Shown here: positions 37,501-43,980 of the stretch, piece after piece | Position numbering within the stretch: the stretch's first letter is position 1 | How the letters are laid out: each line of letters starts with the position of its first letter | Source: an uncultured virus (IMG/VR IMGVR_UViG_3300038825_001787) | Taxonomy: Duplodnaviria; Heunggongvirae; Uroviricota; Caudoviricetes | DNA length: 64,000 nucleotides | Direction: 5' to 3' (one strand) | Virus record (IMG/VR): IMGVR_UViG_3300038825_001787 | Translations under genes and position numbers: made by a program | The notes under the pieces: model-generated | Database searches by the model: none | What the model was told of the DNA's origin: nothing | What the model saw: the letters and a program-made list of their open reading frames with translations, nothing else

Positions 37501-37837
37501 TAGCCTAAAAGGAATGAAAGAATATAAAAAACTTTATCCAGATTCGTTTGCAGTGTTCTTAGAACCAGACAAGTCTCCGAGAGAGATAGAACAAAGATTA
37601 TTGTCAAGAGGCGGAATGTCGGAAGCAAACGCAAAAGCCAGAGCAAGCATAATTCCTAAGCAAGTTGCAGCAGCGAAAACAATGCCATATGATTTATTCA
37701 CTAAATCAAGAACAGGTAAGTATTCAGAAGTAGCAAAAGAAATCATCAGTCAAATACCAATGGCTAATCCAGGTTGGCGACACGGAGAAGCGATGGATGA
37801 AGAAGACGACCCATTTGCAGATCAGTTTGAAGCATAG
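31526..37837 (+). CDS. Giant polyvalent/polyprotein: JAB-like, two guanylate-kinase-like, Cys-rich, DUF5754-like, HD-like, DUF5824-like and GNAT-like domains
   Basis: About 2100 aa; start moved to ATG 31526 after GAGGAGG; FYHTHP..SLSSADD; SGPSGSGKST..TTRPRRPKEKEGED; CGNC/CWMH/CHSARTC; VHFGARGMSDYTQH; H..MHD..AD; GLAAWRGGHRPG; QGKGY. Confidence 0.85.
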   Translation: MNQVTKTTTSSDVASILSFPERGEILSGNKILDTETKYQNGVFKYRINFTRDVRRSDVPNILRAFFNNGMVSINGVDHIVENHDYQTRTTRKNTVVIGSMQITPLSMANPVQKKLTALQDFDNEYEKMVLTSPETYFRAFSYRGFDGPAFRSKLFSFVSNMGENYGYCDDKTIYHRRASLVMPKIKITKAPENAKMFYHTHPKRDEPSLSSADDYLIYFDMSHKPRNIRHFYTVMADRMDYFHIVPKHSKKKDYVKINEDKFLEEVDNQIDEAGKRLDEVMSNETYQDDLVYCEKVTREVVKWLNKKYEKYFTITYKCHYKVKKNPEEPSSDDLHLGDEFIGKALNDLKTGEASWPEFKPKDRPQEKYAYWHSKYFAMNKDAKGLGYMGLMPGDDRRFAHFLHSPYRGSNYTYDDILSILCISNDIKIRDAKIRDGKEIASRIEDILDYLEIDNEEIRGDIILYDAVVAVDAYGDLAQGIGEEHNFILPIADFSIKSVEAMNDVDSGKKDLERAKHDIMFVLKEKMAKTVTKALGKKNKQLEVMREPVPVYGQDGPAVSKVGINPPVQRSKREYQMTLPSKIFDNPELLSEILEPFKKNEQLRNAKNAYTVIIPVDNSATTFVIQSTGTVQVISPSKGYPRADDPDEATLQAVRKLVDKLNEFGFEMNTDDIAFGTTEPMRNPRSGVIIAVTGPIRSTKNKFIDSLSKRINANVVTTFTTKTLKEYEKRSDIVEVTDEIFDRMEINGELVVVTKSYDGHRRGFSKKDMKEKDFMLVNARIKDLHFLISASPSVISFYLHPTNTEAVIESYLSDSVSPQEARRVAGMIDDTLDAAEGEVEHIIEYDIERPAAAIEEVYNTIPKPNPMPKPIGSIMGSSHGNYYLRVRNNPSHNSCPAVTQNLEMNTKNRNSAIKADYIKYGPLNLADEDYWVKAAEHWNTTPEVAKESKCGNCVAFDISPRMLDCMPGSVQDDGQLGMCWMHNFKCHSARTCYTWAAGGPITEDSVSYDWQERSAKSNPQKKISIRIDESTNPEKKLMAVFTKPNGRTKTVHFGARGMSDYTQHKDKDRMKNYLARHGGMGEDWNDPMTAGALSRWILWGKPSLRESFNDFKKRFNLEGVMAVTNTKMNPRIPKKYEGQDPSEHSDLYTDEDPEGTIQGLGFKDKTTAKKSIQLIKKSGKTHAHKIQAAMAMEQRARFHPHATKGIKEAQKIYAEFIEEMKEKTKSNPAFIVGQGGNTFDVRVVAPTRDPIMIESLRAATDKSFKHHKWYVKHHLDYVMAIMKRMPKVMGNWDKQMVDMVWMHDYPKMMGKGQDLSVVNDLLTTHRGEDYAHQVVHQLHLMERLKKSDWNPLTEYSMVAANLSTADALSHYYGPFFQIYIDENPDMSMEEIKKSNRQKLAKDKLKLRAGPMKDGLDSIRFQYKGRKVKIVGNEHIKALIEKKNPSKTPEGRKIPKKYLKGLNKEEMAIAAKEIDKGYKYDIDDPKAYEYWKSDIQATARGYKTVPSKYKKKFIQMYGPLPEEGKFLDKMAKATKIKKSILEKVYDKGLAAWRGGHRPGVQQHQWAAGRVYSFVTLGNTVKKGNKKMPDYSLAIEAGIIKDNPPSFIAARDPKKWAKRYDRIIKMSGKELMEEANEQAAERGLTIQLTITEPNMKEMMKGRKNFPLQPKYEKLYKAYLASNKTAMISIAKGGTIIESLEFTLVEESAKELIDYLESRQRWPKKKAVLPLIGKIVVEDGHAFFETDIFPKLESLQRKSRFPIAIGGLGGYEMSEGQQGKGYYGIIKMYQAGFLEDNGIEAFGSGESPMRSDLYQSYGWLTPYSYKENYPYPSTAAEYYLNLNKKDKLPNKSAYYDSIYRPVYSGTKSNPNPYYNAHLYASGSTDPFFPGDVPVAPPALLKNPPSKVIIVSGPSGSGKSTISKAIAKELGGTLVPTVTTRPRRPKEKEGEDRIFVSKDEFKEMINNNEFVEYKQHKDGVFYGRRKVDMDDISIVEVSLKGMKEYKKLYPDSFAVFLEPDKSPREIEQRLLSRGGMSEANAKARASIIPKQVAAAKTMPYDLFTKSRTGKYSEVAKEIISQIPMANPGWRHGEAMDEEDDPFADQFEA
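32740..32940. other. TpA-rich island inside CDS
   Basis: ctatagaggtagtaactatacttacgatgatatactaagtatactatgtataagt...cttagattacctagagatagata. Confidence 0.7.
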
Positions 37838-37877
37838 AGTCAAAACAATGATATAGAGGCGGTGTAGTTTTTACACC

Positions 37878-37964
37878 ATGACAAAAACAACAGCAGATAG
37901 ACGACACCATAATGGCGAGTGCAAGTTCTTCAAAGACTTCATGAAATCGGCATTTGACGAGTAA
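37878..37964 (+). CDS. Possible 28-aa microprotein
   Basis: MTKTTADRRHHNGECKFFKDFMKSAFDE; GATATA about 28 nt upstream; small inverted repeat GGTGTA-N5-TACACC abuts the ATG. Confidence 0.35.
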   Translation: MTKTTADRRHHNGECKFFKDFMKSAFDE

Positions 37965-38010
37965 ATTACAACAACAAGTTAAAATCAATTAGGTAATCAT
38001 TGATGTATAT

Positions 38011-38715
38011 ATGCGTCTGACAGGAAGGTTCATTGAATCATTCAAACACAGGCATGGTGTTGTACTAGGTATTACTAGAAGTGGTAAGACTTTCTTGGCC
38101 GCAAAGGTCTTACAACGAATACAAGAAACAGGTGGTCACACATTGTTTATTGACCCGAAGCATGATGACGGATATTCCCATCTTGGTACAATTTGTCATT
38201 CACCAATAGAAGTTTACGAGCAACTTTTATTGAAGAATCCAGCAATTATTTTTAGAACACCCGGAACATCAGAAGAAAGAATAGAAGCATTAGATAGAGT
38301 AGTAGAGTTAATGTTTACATTACAAAGGACAGCAGGATTCAAAAGAATCCGACGTGTTATTGCAATTGACGAAATACAGTTATTCGTTAAGAAAGGTAAC
38401 TCTCGTGCAGTAGAAATGATTTGGACAATTGGAGCAGGTATTGGAATCGTAGGTATGGCATTGACACAAAGAATCCAATTGCTTAACGAAACTGCATGGT
38501 CACAATCAGACAATAAAGTAATTTTCAGAATAGAAGATAGACCAGAGTATCTTAGAAGTAGAAACTTGGAACACTATGTTGAGCAATTAGATTTCTTTAC
38601 CGACCCAATGAATAAATATTGGTTTTACTATACACAAGGCGGAGGAAAGTGGAAGAAGCATGAACCAGTTCCGTTGGTTGACAAGACCAAATCACTAAAT
38701 CTAAGTCGTTTTTAA
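38011..38715 (+). CDS. A32/FtsK-HerA-superfamily genome packaging ATPase
   Basis: Walker A GITRSGKT, LFIDPK, Walker B IAIDEIQ, ALTQR, SQSD; 234 aa, as in tailless icosahedral viruses. Confidence 0.82.
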   Translation: MRLTGRFIESFKHRHGVVLGITRSGKTFLAAKVLQRIQETGGHTLFIDPKHDDGYSHLGTICHSPIEVYEQLLLKNPAIIFRTPGTSEERIEALDRVVELMFTLQRTAGFKRIRRVIAIDEIQLFVKKGNSRAVEMIWTIGAGIGIVGMALTQRIQLLNETAWSQSDNKVIFRIEDRPEYLRSRNLEHYVEQLDFFTDPMNKYWFYYTQGGGKWKKHEPVPLVDKTKSLNLSRF

Positions 38716-38755
38716 TTGAAAGGCATAATAAGAACCAACCCCTCACGAGGCTTAG

Positions 38756-39292
38756 ATGGCCATCACTATTAGCACACCCCACTTCAAAGAATCAGTAGAT
38801 GACCCTAATATCAAAACATTTCTTACCCAACTAGAATCTTTTTTAGACGCAAAGAATATGCCCTACTATAGTGTAAGAGGTCAGTCTTTGAAAACAATGT
38901 TGGATTTATCCACATCTGAAGCAAGAGGTACTACTTACAATAACGAACTCGCAGCAGCACTAACTGTTAGTGATATACACATTGAATTAAGAGCGTATGA
39001 TTTCGATACACATGAAGATTGGTCTGACTCCGATTTTGTTTTTGGTAAATTAATAGGATATACTGATGAAGAGTTATTGAAGAACTTCGAAGATACTATT
39101 GGTTCTAGAGCATCATATGAAACAAACATAATAACACCGATTGGTCATTATTCTAGCGCATTGAGTGAGTTTGTTTATCAAATACCTAGTATAGTAATAT
39201 ATGTTAATGTAGATAGTAGTAATCTATACCCTACTATAACAGAAAGTATAACAGATATTATTTTGGATTACGAGGAGCGTAGAACTTCATAG
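38756..39292 (+). CDS. Hypothetical acidic protein
   Basis: 178-aa ORF with alpha/beta pattern; no confident family. Confidence 0.7.
   Translation: MAITISTPHFKESVDDPNIKTFLTQLESFLDAKNMPYYSVRGQSLKTMLDLSTSEARGTTYNNELAAALTVSDIHIELRAYDFDTHEDWSDSDFVFGKLIGYTDEELLKNFEDTIGSRASYETNIITPIGHYSSALSEFVYQIPSIVIYVNVDSSNLYPTITESITDIILDYEERRTS
39180..39260. other. TpA-rich island inside CDS
   Basis: tacctagtatagtaatatatgttaatgtagatagtagtaatctataccctactataac. Confidence 0.65.
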
Positions 39293-39467
39293 GTTCGTTC
39301 TTGATAGTCCATCGCAAGAAATCTACAGCAGCGTTGATAGCGTGTGACCTATCTTTGAATATTTTTTGGTCAATCATATCGTCAACCATATCGTAGAGTT
39401 CTTTGTTCATCGTGAATGAAACAGGAACTTTACGACTGAAATCTCTTTCAGTCTGGCGTCGAGACAC
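39258..39467 (-). CDS. Ribbon-helix-helix (CopG-like) transcription regulator
   Basis: VPVSFTMNKELYDMVDDMI...FKDRSHAINAAV. Confidence 0.85.
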   Translation of the reverse strand: MSRRQTERDFSRKVPVSFTMNKELYDMVDDMIDQKIFKDRSHAINAAVDFLRWTIKNEPMKFYAPRNPK

Positions 39468-39540
39468 ATGTTTCCCAACCTACACATACTTATCACAGTT
39501 TTTGAAGCGGTTATAATACCACATCGTAATCTATAGATAT

Positions 39541-40674
39541 ATGACACGAGCATATACCAATACACGTCCCTTATATCCTACCCCACTGTCGGGTAGTTTA
39601 GATCGCATGCCACTAGCCGAAGTAGTAATACTCAATCCGCGAAGACCTGCAGCAAAGCGCAAGTCTTCAAAGAGGAAGAAAAGTGTGCGTTCGAAAAACA
39701 AAGGAATGAATAAAATGGCAAGAAGAAAATCTGCAAAAAGAGTAAAGTCAACCAGAAGGAAGACTACTACTCGTCGACGCGCTTCTCCGAAGCGTAAAGC
39801 AACAACTCGCCGCCGAAAAGTAACCCGTAGGAAGGCTGCTCCAAAGAGAAGAAAGACTACACGTAGAAAGACTGCACGTCGAAAGACTGCTCGCAGAAAG
39901 ACTACACGTAGGAAGGCTGCTCCAAAGAGAAGGAAGACTACACGTAGAAAAAAGACTACAAGAAGGAAGGCTGCTCCAAAGAGACGCCGAACTACACGTA
40001 GAAAAAAGACTACAAGAAGGAAGTCATCTCCAAAGAGAAAGACTACTAGAAGGCGTAGAGTTAAGAGACGTGCTGCACCTAAGAGAAGAAAATCAACTCG
40101 AAGGAAAACTGCACGTAGGAAGACTGCAAGAAGAAAGAGCACAACTCGTGTTCGTCGAAGCCGTTCATCAAAGAAGATGAGTTTCAAGGGATACACATCA
40201 TTCGTAAAGGACCACATGGACCTACGCGGATTAGGTGTAGTAGTTCTTGGTCTATCTCTACCTTCAATGGCAGGTTACCTCGCATCAACTACTGTTGGTA
40301 TGAGAGCAATGTCCTACGTGGATATGGTACCTGGTATGACAACAAACGTCGGAAAAGCAGCACTTGCTGTTGGTCTGACTGCTGCTGTATCATACGGAAT
40401 GATGGGCTTAGGTGTCATTAACGCTAAGGAAGCATTGTCAGCAAACATGATCGCTCTAGGTCTTGTAACTGTTGGTGCATTGCAAACTATGAATCTACCA
40501 TACGGTAACAGCATGGTTTCATCTCTACCAAGTGCTGGCGGTCTCGCTGGTCTAGGTAGTGCTTCCTACGGATACATTGGGAACTACCACGATACAGGTA
40601 TGGGTGTAGGAGCAGAAATGCTTCCAGCACCACAGTCCCAACAGTTATTCGGCGTTAGGGCTAACATATTCTAA
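39541..40674 (+). CDS. Putative core protein: protamine/histone-H1-like basic region + multi-TM domain
   Basis: About 180 aa of R/K/T/A repeats (TTRRKAAPKRRK), then 3 hydrophobic segments and LAGLG; start may be 39607. Confidence 0.85.
   Translation: MTRAYTNTRPLYPTPLSGSLDRMPLAEVVILNPRRPAAKRKSSKRKKSVRSKNKGMNKMARRKSAKRVKSTRRKTTTRRRASPKRKATTRRRKVTRRKAAPKRRKTTRRKTARRKTARRKTTRRKAAPKRRKTTRRKKTTRRKAAPKRRRTTRRKKTTRRKSSPKRKTTRRRRVKRRAAPKRRKSTRRKTARRKTARRKSTTRVRRSRSSKKMSFKGYTSFVKDHMDLRGLGVVVLGLSLPSMAGYLASTTVGMRAMSYVDMVPGMTTNVGKAALAVGLTAAVSYGMMGLGVINAKEALSANMIALGLVTVGALQTMNLPYGNSMVSSLPSAGGLAGLGSASYGYIGNYHDTGMGVGAEMLPAPQSQQLFGVRANIF
39826..40140 (+). repeat. Degenerate in-frame repeats encoding the basic tract
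   Basis: Repeated AGGAAGGCTGCTCCAAAGAGA and ACTACACGTAGAAAAAAGACTACAAGAAGGAAG blocks. Confidence 0.85.
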
Positions 40675-40712
40675 TTACGTAAAAAATAATTAAGAGTCTT
40701 TACGAAAGCATC

Positions 40713-40737
40713 CTGGGGGGTCATCGCGACCTCCCAG
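40713..40737. terminator. GC-rich hairpin between convergent genes
   Basis: CTGGGGGGTC-atcgc-GACCTCCCAG, 10-bp stem with one G-U pair; no adjacent U tract. Confidence 0.55.
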
Positions 40738-40755
40738 CGATGTACTAATATAAAA

Positions 40756-40986
40756 TTAAAAAGTCCCTCTCTCATCGAGAGTCTTCATAGTTATGTTTCT
40801 TCTAACATATTCATCTTCTGTAATCTTCTTTTCAACCAAGTCACCTGCTAATCGCATCAGTGCGCACGAACGAATATATGCAGACACTGTTATCTTGGTT
40901 CGGTTTGCTTCTCGTAGTATTTCTTGGTACTCTGCTTGAGTGAACCTTAGTGTAACCACTTTTGATGTACTAGTCTTATTGCCCAC
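40756..40986 (-). CDS. Ribbon-helix-helix (MobC-like) DNA-binding protein
   Basis: KVVTLRFTQAEYQEILREANRTKITVSAYIRSCAL. Confidence 0.85.
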   Translation of the reverse strand: MGNKTSTSKVVTLRFTQAEYQEILREANRTKITVSAYIRSCALMRLAGDLVEKKITEDEYVRRNITMKTLDERGTF

Positions 40987-41163
40987 GCACTATCCAGCAT
41001 GCATTCAGTAATAACCTTGTTGTAGCATTTTGTATGACAAACGAATACAACGTAATCAAACTCCTTATACACAAGAGGTGAGTGGCTCGTAATAACTCGA
41101 ACGTTGACAGCGTAGTGACAGTGAACTACTAACGAATTAATAAAACATGGAAGTGAAAAAAAT

Positions 41164-41778
41164 ATGGAACTAAGACCTTACTATGACCGACCTACTGGTC
41201 AAATTAAGAATTATCTAAGCCTTATTGAGCAAAAAATTGCAAGCAACTTTCCACACTGGGGTCGAGGATCTCAGGGTGTCTGGCCGAAAGGCGACTACGG
41301 TAAGGGAATCCTACGTGCTGATCAATTCAGTATATTAGGAACTTACGGGCAATGGTTAATCCCATCATCCGGTTCATCCGGAAACCCGTCCTCTGCATCT
41401 GTAGACTCCTTTGGTTGGTCATCTAAGACCTTGAACTTTAAGTCACTAGAAGAATTTTTCTACTTGACTATGGGTATTCAATATCCGGTTACGCCGCTTT
41501 TGATAACAGAACATCAATGGCAAATTTCCGGGATCGAAACACCCGTGATCGATCAGCAAATCTTCGAAGTACTTGAGGAACCTTTCGTGTGGTATGAATC
41601 ACCTATTGTTATTGAACCTGAGAAGAACATCGTCTGCAACCACCGTGTGGTTGGAGGGGCTGCTAATTTCGGTAACTCTACAATAAGTGGCGCAGAAAAG
41701 TGGCGTGTAATTGGATCTGTTGTGGGACAACACCACGAATTGATCCAACTCACACAGAACATCGGAGAATTGAGTTAA
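41164..41778 (+). CDS. Candidate single-jelly-roll major capsid protein, small (sphaerolipovirus VP7-like)
   Basis: 204 aa, beta-rich; YLTMGI...ITEHQWQISG...WYESPIVIEP...WRVIGSVVG resembles the small SJR MCP pattern from memory; close to the packaging ATPase. Confidence 0.55.
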   Translation: MELRPYYDRPTGQIKNYLSLIEQKIASNFPHWGRGSQGVWPKGDYGKGILRADQFSILGTYGQWLIPSSGSSGNPSSASVDSFGWSSKTLNFKSLEEFFYLTMGIQYPVTPLLITEHQWQISGIETPVIDQQIFEVLEEPFVWYESPIVIEPEKNIVCNHRVVGGAANFGNSTISGAEKWRVIGSVVGQHHELIQLTQNIGELS

Positions 41779-41809
41779 TCCTTTTGGATTGGCATTGGAG
41801 TGAACAAAT

Positions 41810-42652
41810 ATGACATCAATAGGTGGATTAGACGTTGCTTTCGGTGCTAGGATGCAAGTCGTTCGTACGAACGTCATGTGCCTCGCTCTAGCAAGTACTG
41901 GTCTGGCAAATGCAACCACTGTACCTAAGTTCATCCTTAACACATATAAGGAAGCACTAAAAGGTACTGTGATTGAGCCTGACTTCTTGTATATCTATGA
42001 AGTAGCAGACCTAGATGGTAGCGGTTACACAACTGCTGCTGTTGCTAATGGTCTGTTTAATCAGGATAACTCCGGCGATGGTACAGCCGACACCACTGCT
42101 TTGGAAGTTAATGGAATCCTTAGGGATATCCAACAATGCCCTCTAGCAGTTAACAGTGCGTTCGCAGACACTACAGCAACTAACGCTGCTGAGGGTGAAG
42201 CACACACACTGCACACGTATGATAACATACATGGTAACCTGGCTCTCGAATCTGTTCTAAGCCTTTCTGCTATGGGACTCGCAGACACAGCCGCAGACTT
42301 AACTGCTGGTGTGTTCTCAGATGCTGCTGATGCTGACGTTGACGCTGAATCTGGTTTATTCCCACAGCAAATTCAGGCTTTGGCTTTTAAAGAAGTATAT
42401 GACAACGCAACAGCGTCAACTGGTGGAAACCTAGACGCTGGTAGCAAATACACTGGTATGCACAAAGGACCGTTTACGGTCAACCTATTACCGGCTCTAA
42501 CTCAGTTAGAAACAGGTGCAGGTATTGCTAATGGTGCTGCTGCTGCAACTGTTGACGCATATACTGCTTCGACTACCTTTGGCACAATGGCTGCTGACCT
42601 ATCTAGCGACGCTGGAATAATCAGTTTGACATCTTTTGCTAAAGTAGTCTGA
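41810..42652 (+). CDS. Ala/Thr/Asp-rich putative abundant capsid-associated protein
   Basis: 280 aa, co-transcribed with the candidate MCP, GCT/GGT-biased codons, followed by a strong terminator. Confidence 0.7.
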   Translation: MTSIGGLDVAFGARMQVVRTNVMCLALASTGLANATTVPKFILNTYKEALKGTVIEPDFLYIYEVADLDGSGYTTAAVANGLFNQDNSGDGTADTTALEVNGILRDIQQCPLAVNSAFADTTATNAAEGEAHTLHTYDNIHGNLALESVLSLSAMGLADTAADLTAGVFSDAADADVDAESGLFPQQIQALAFKEVYDNATASTGGNLDAGSKYTGMHKGPFTVNLLPALTQLETGAGIANGAAAATVDAYTASTTFGTMAADLSSDAGIISLTSFAKVV

Positions 42653-42673
42653 GACTTAAAACTCTCAACAATC

Positions 42674-42709
42674 GGCGTTGGCCCCAATTCTGGGGTCAGC
42701 GCCTTTTTT
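42674..42709 (+). terminator. Intrinsic terminator (hairpin + T6)
   Basis: GGCGTTGGCCCCA-attc-TGGGGTCAGCGCC, 13-bp stem with two G-U pairs, followed by TTTTTT. Confidence 0.85.
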
Positions 42710-42768
42710 CTATTTTAAAATCAGAAAATATAGCGCATCTTATAATGGTGGGGTTTTTGTTATAGATT

Positions 42769-42897
42769 ATGTTATGTTGCTACAACTGCAAACTGCCTAT
42801 ACTAGAACTAGAACACATCGTGATAAAAGACCTATACGAAAAGCCCGTAGACTTTTGTGCTACGTGTGAATTAGAGTTAGAAATAGCATGGCTTTAA
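42769..42897 (+). CDS. 42-aa zinc-finger microprotein (not in ORF track)
   Basis: MLCCYNCKLPILELEHIVIKDLYEKPVDFCATCELELEIAWL: two CxxC pairs; TTATAA 29 nt upstream. Confidence 0.65.
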   Translation: MLCCYNCKLPILELEHIVIKDLYEKPVDFCATCELELEIAWL

Positions 42898-42969
42898 TCG
42901 ACTGACTTATAATCAAGCACTATCTCGCATAGACTGGTCCCAGACCAACCAGACAAAGAAGTGGTATAA

Positions 42970-43959
42970 ATGGCAAACCTAAATCAAGGATATAGAAGTG
43001 GAAACGCCTTCGGGCGACTAGCAAATGTAAGTTACGATAACAACTACGGCGAAGACATAGCGTTGAAGCCTGGTTACTTACTAAGAATACGCGACACATA
43101 CGCGTTAGTAACAGGTGTAGAAGCAATGAGCGTCGACCTGTGGTTTACAGATACAGTCAATGTTGGTATTACTGCAGTAACTAGCGATGTAGCAACTGAC
43201 TTTGATGGTACACATGGTGAAGCACTAGAACAATACGGTCTAGCATCAATCAGTGCTTACTATGACCTAGGAAAAACAACTGTCGCAGAAACAGACAAGA
43301 CTGGTAACATTCTTGCACCTGACTACGATTCCGGTTTTATTACCTTCAAGGCTCTTGAGCCATATGCAGGTAACTTATACCACTTATGTCCTACACTACC
43401 TCTACAACCAAAGTTCATGAATGCTGAGACAGGCGACTGGCACTCAAGAAGTGCATTCCCACCTAACACTACAGCAGCAACCGATGGTGGAATACCTATC
43501 GGATTCAAGGGTGACGGAACAGCAGAGCACCTAAAACAAGTTGGTAGCGTATCTGCAAAATTGTACTTAAAACAGCCTAGCGGTGTGGCCAAGCATACAC
43601 TGGATGAAGCAAGCGATGGTGAATCTGCAAGGTCAACTGCAAGCGAAACAGCAATCGAAGGTATCTCTGGTTTCTTAGATGGAGAAATGTCTCCTCTAGC
43701 AAATCCAAACTGGGCTTACGGAATGATTGTTGAACACGGTGAAGCATCATTACCTGCATTTAGAGTAGTCAACGATTCTGACGAATATATTCTAGATGGC
43801 CGCGTAAGATTGGTTGGATGGAAATACAAAATCTTAGAACTGTCACAAGAGCAACTTGCTACATTAAAGGCAAAGGCTGGTGGCAGACTTCGATTCATGT
43901 ACTACAACCCAGTTACTTACCAGTCGTCTGGATTCCTTAGCGATTACCTCGCTATGTAA
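42970..43959 (+). CDS. Candidate single-jelly-roll major capsid protein, large (sphaerolipovirus VP4-like)
   Basis: 329 aa; C-terminal PAFRVVNDSDEYILDGRVRLVGWKYKI resembles large SJR MCP endings from memory; own TTATAA box at 42908. Confidence 0.5.
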   Translation: MANLNQGYRSGNAFGRLANVSYDNNYGEDIALKPGYLLRIRDTYALVTGVEAMSVDLWFTDTVNVGITAVTSDVATDFDGTHGEALEQYGLASISAYYDLGKTTVAETDKTGNILAPDYDSGFITFKALEPYAGNLYHLCPTLPLQPKFMNAETGDWHSRSAFPPNTTAATDGGIPIGFKGDGTAEHLKQVGSVSAKLYLKQPSGVAKHTLDEASDGESARSTASETAIEGISGFLDGEMSPLANPNWAYGMIVEHGEASLPAFRVVNDSDEYILDGRVRLVGWKYKILELSQEQLATLKAKAGGRLRFMYYNPVTYQSSGFLSDYLAM

Positions 43960-43980
43960 TTAAGACGGTGGGAAAAATAA

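Noticed and set aside
18415..37775. NPG occurrences as 2A/StopGo ribosome-skipping sites
   Set aside because: None has the DxExNPGP consensus and most NP sites are not followed by G
39531..40217. 228-aa antisense ORF rich in R/L/V/F
   Set aside because: Mirror of the repetitive basic core-protein gene; composition is explained by the sense strand
42678..42869. 63-aa ORF from the track
   Set aside because: Starts inside the terminator hairpin; the overlapping Zn-finger frame has a promoter and motif support
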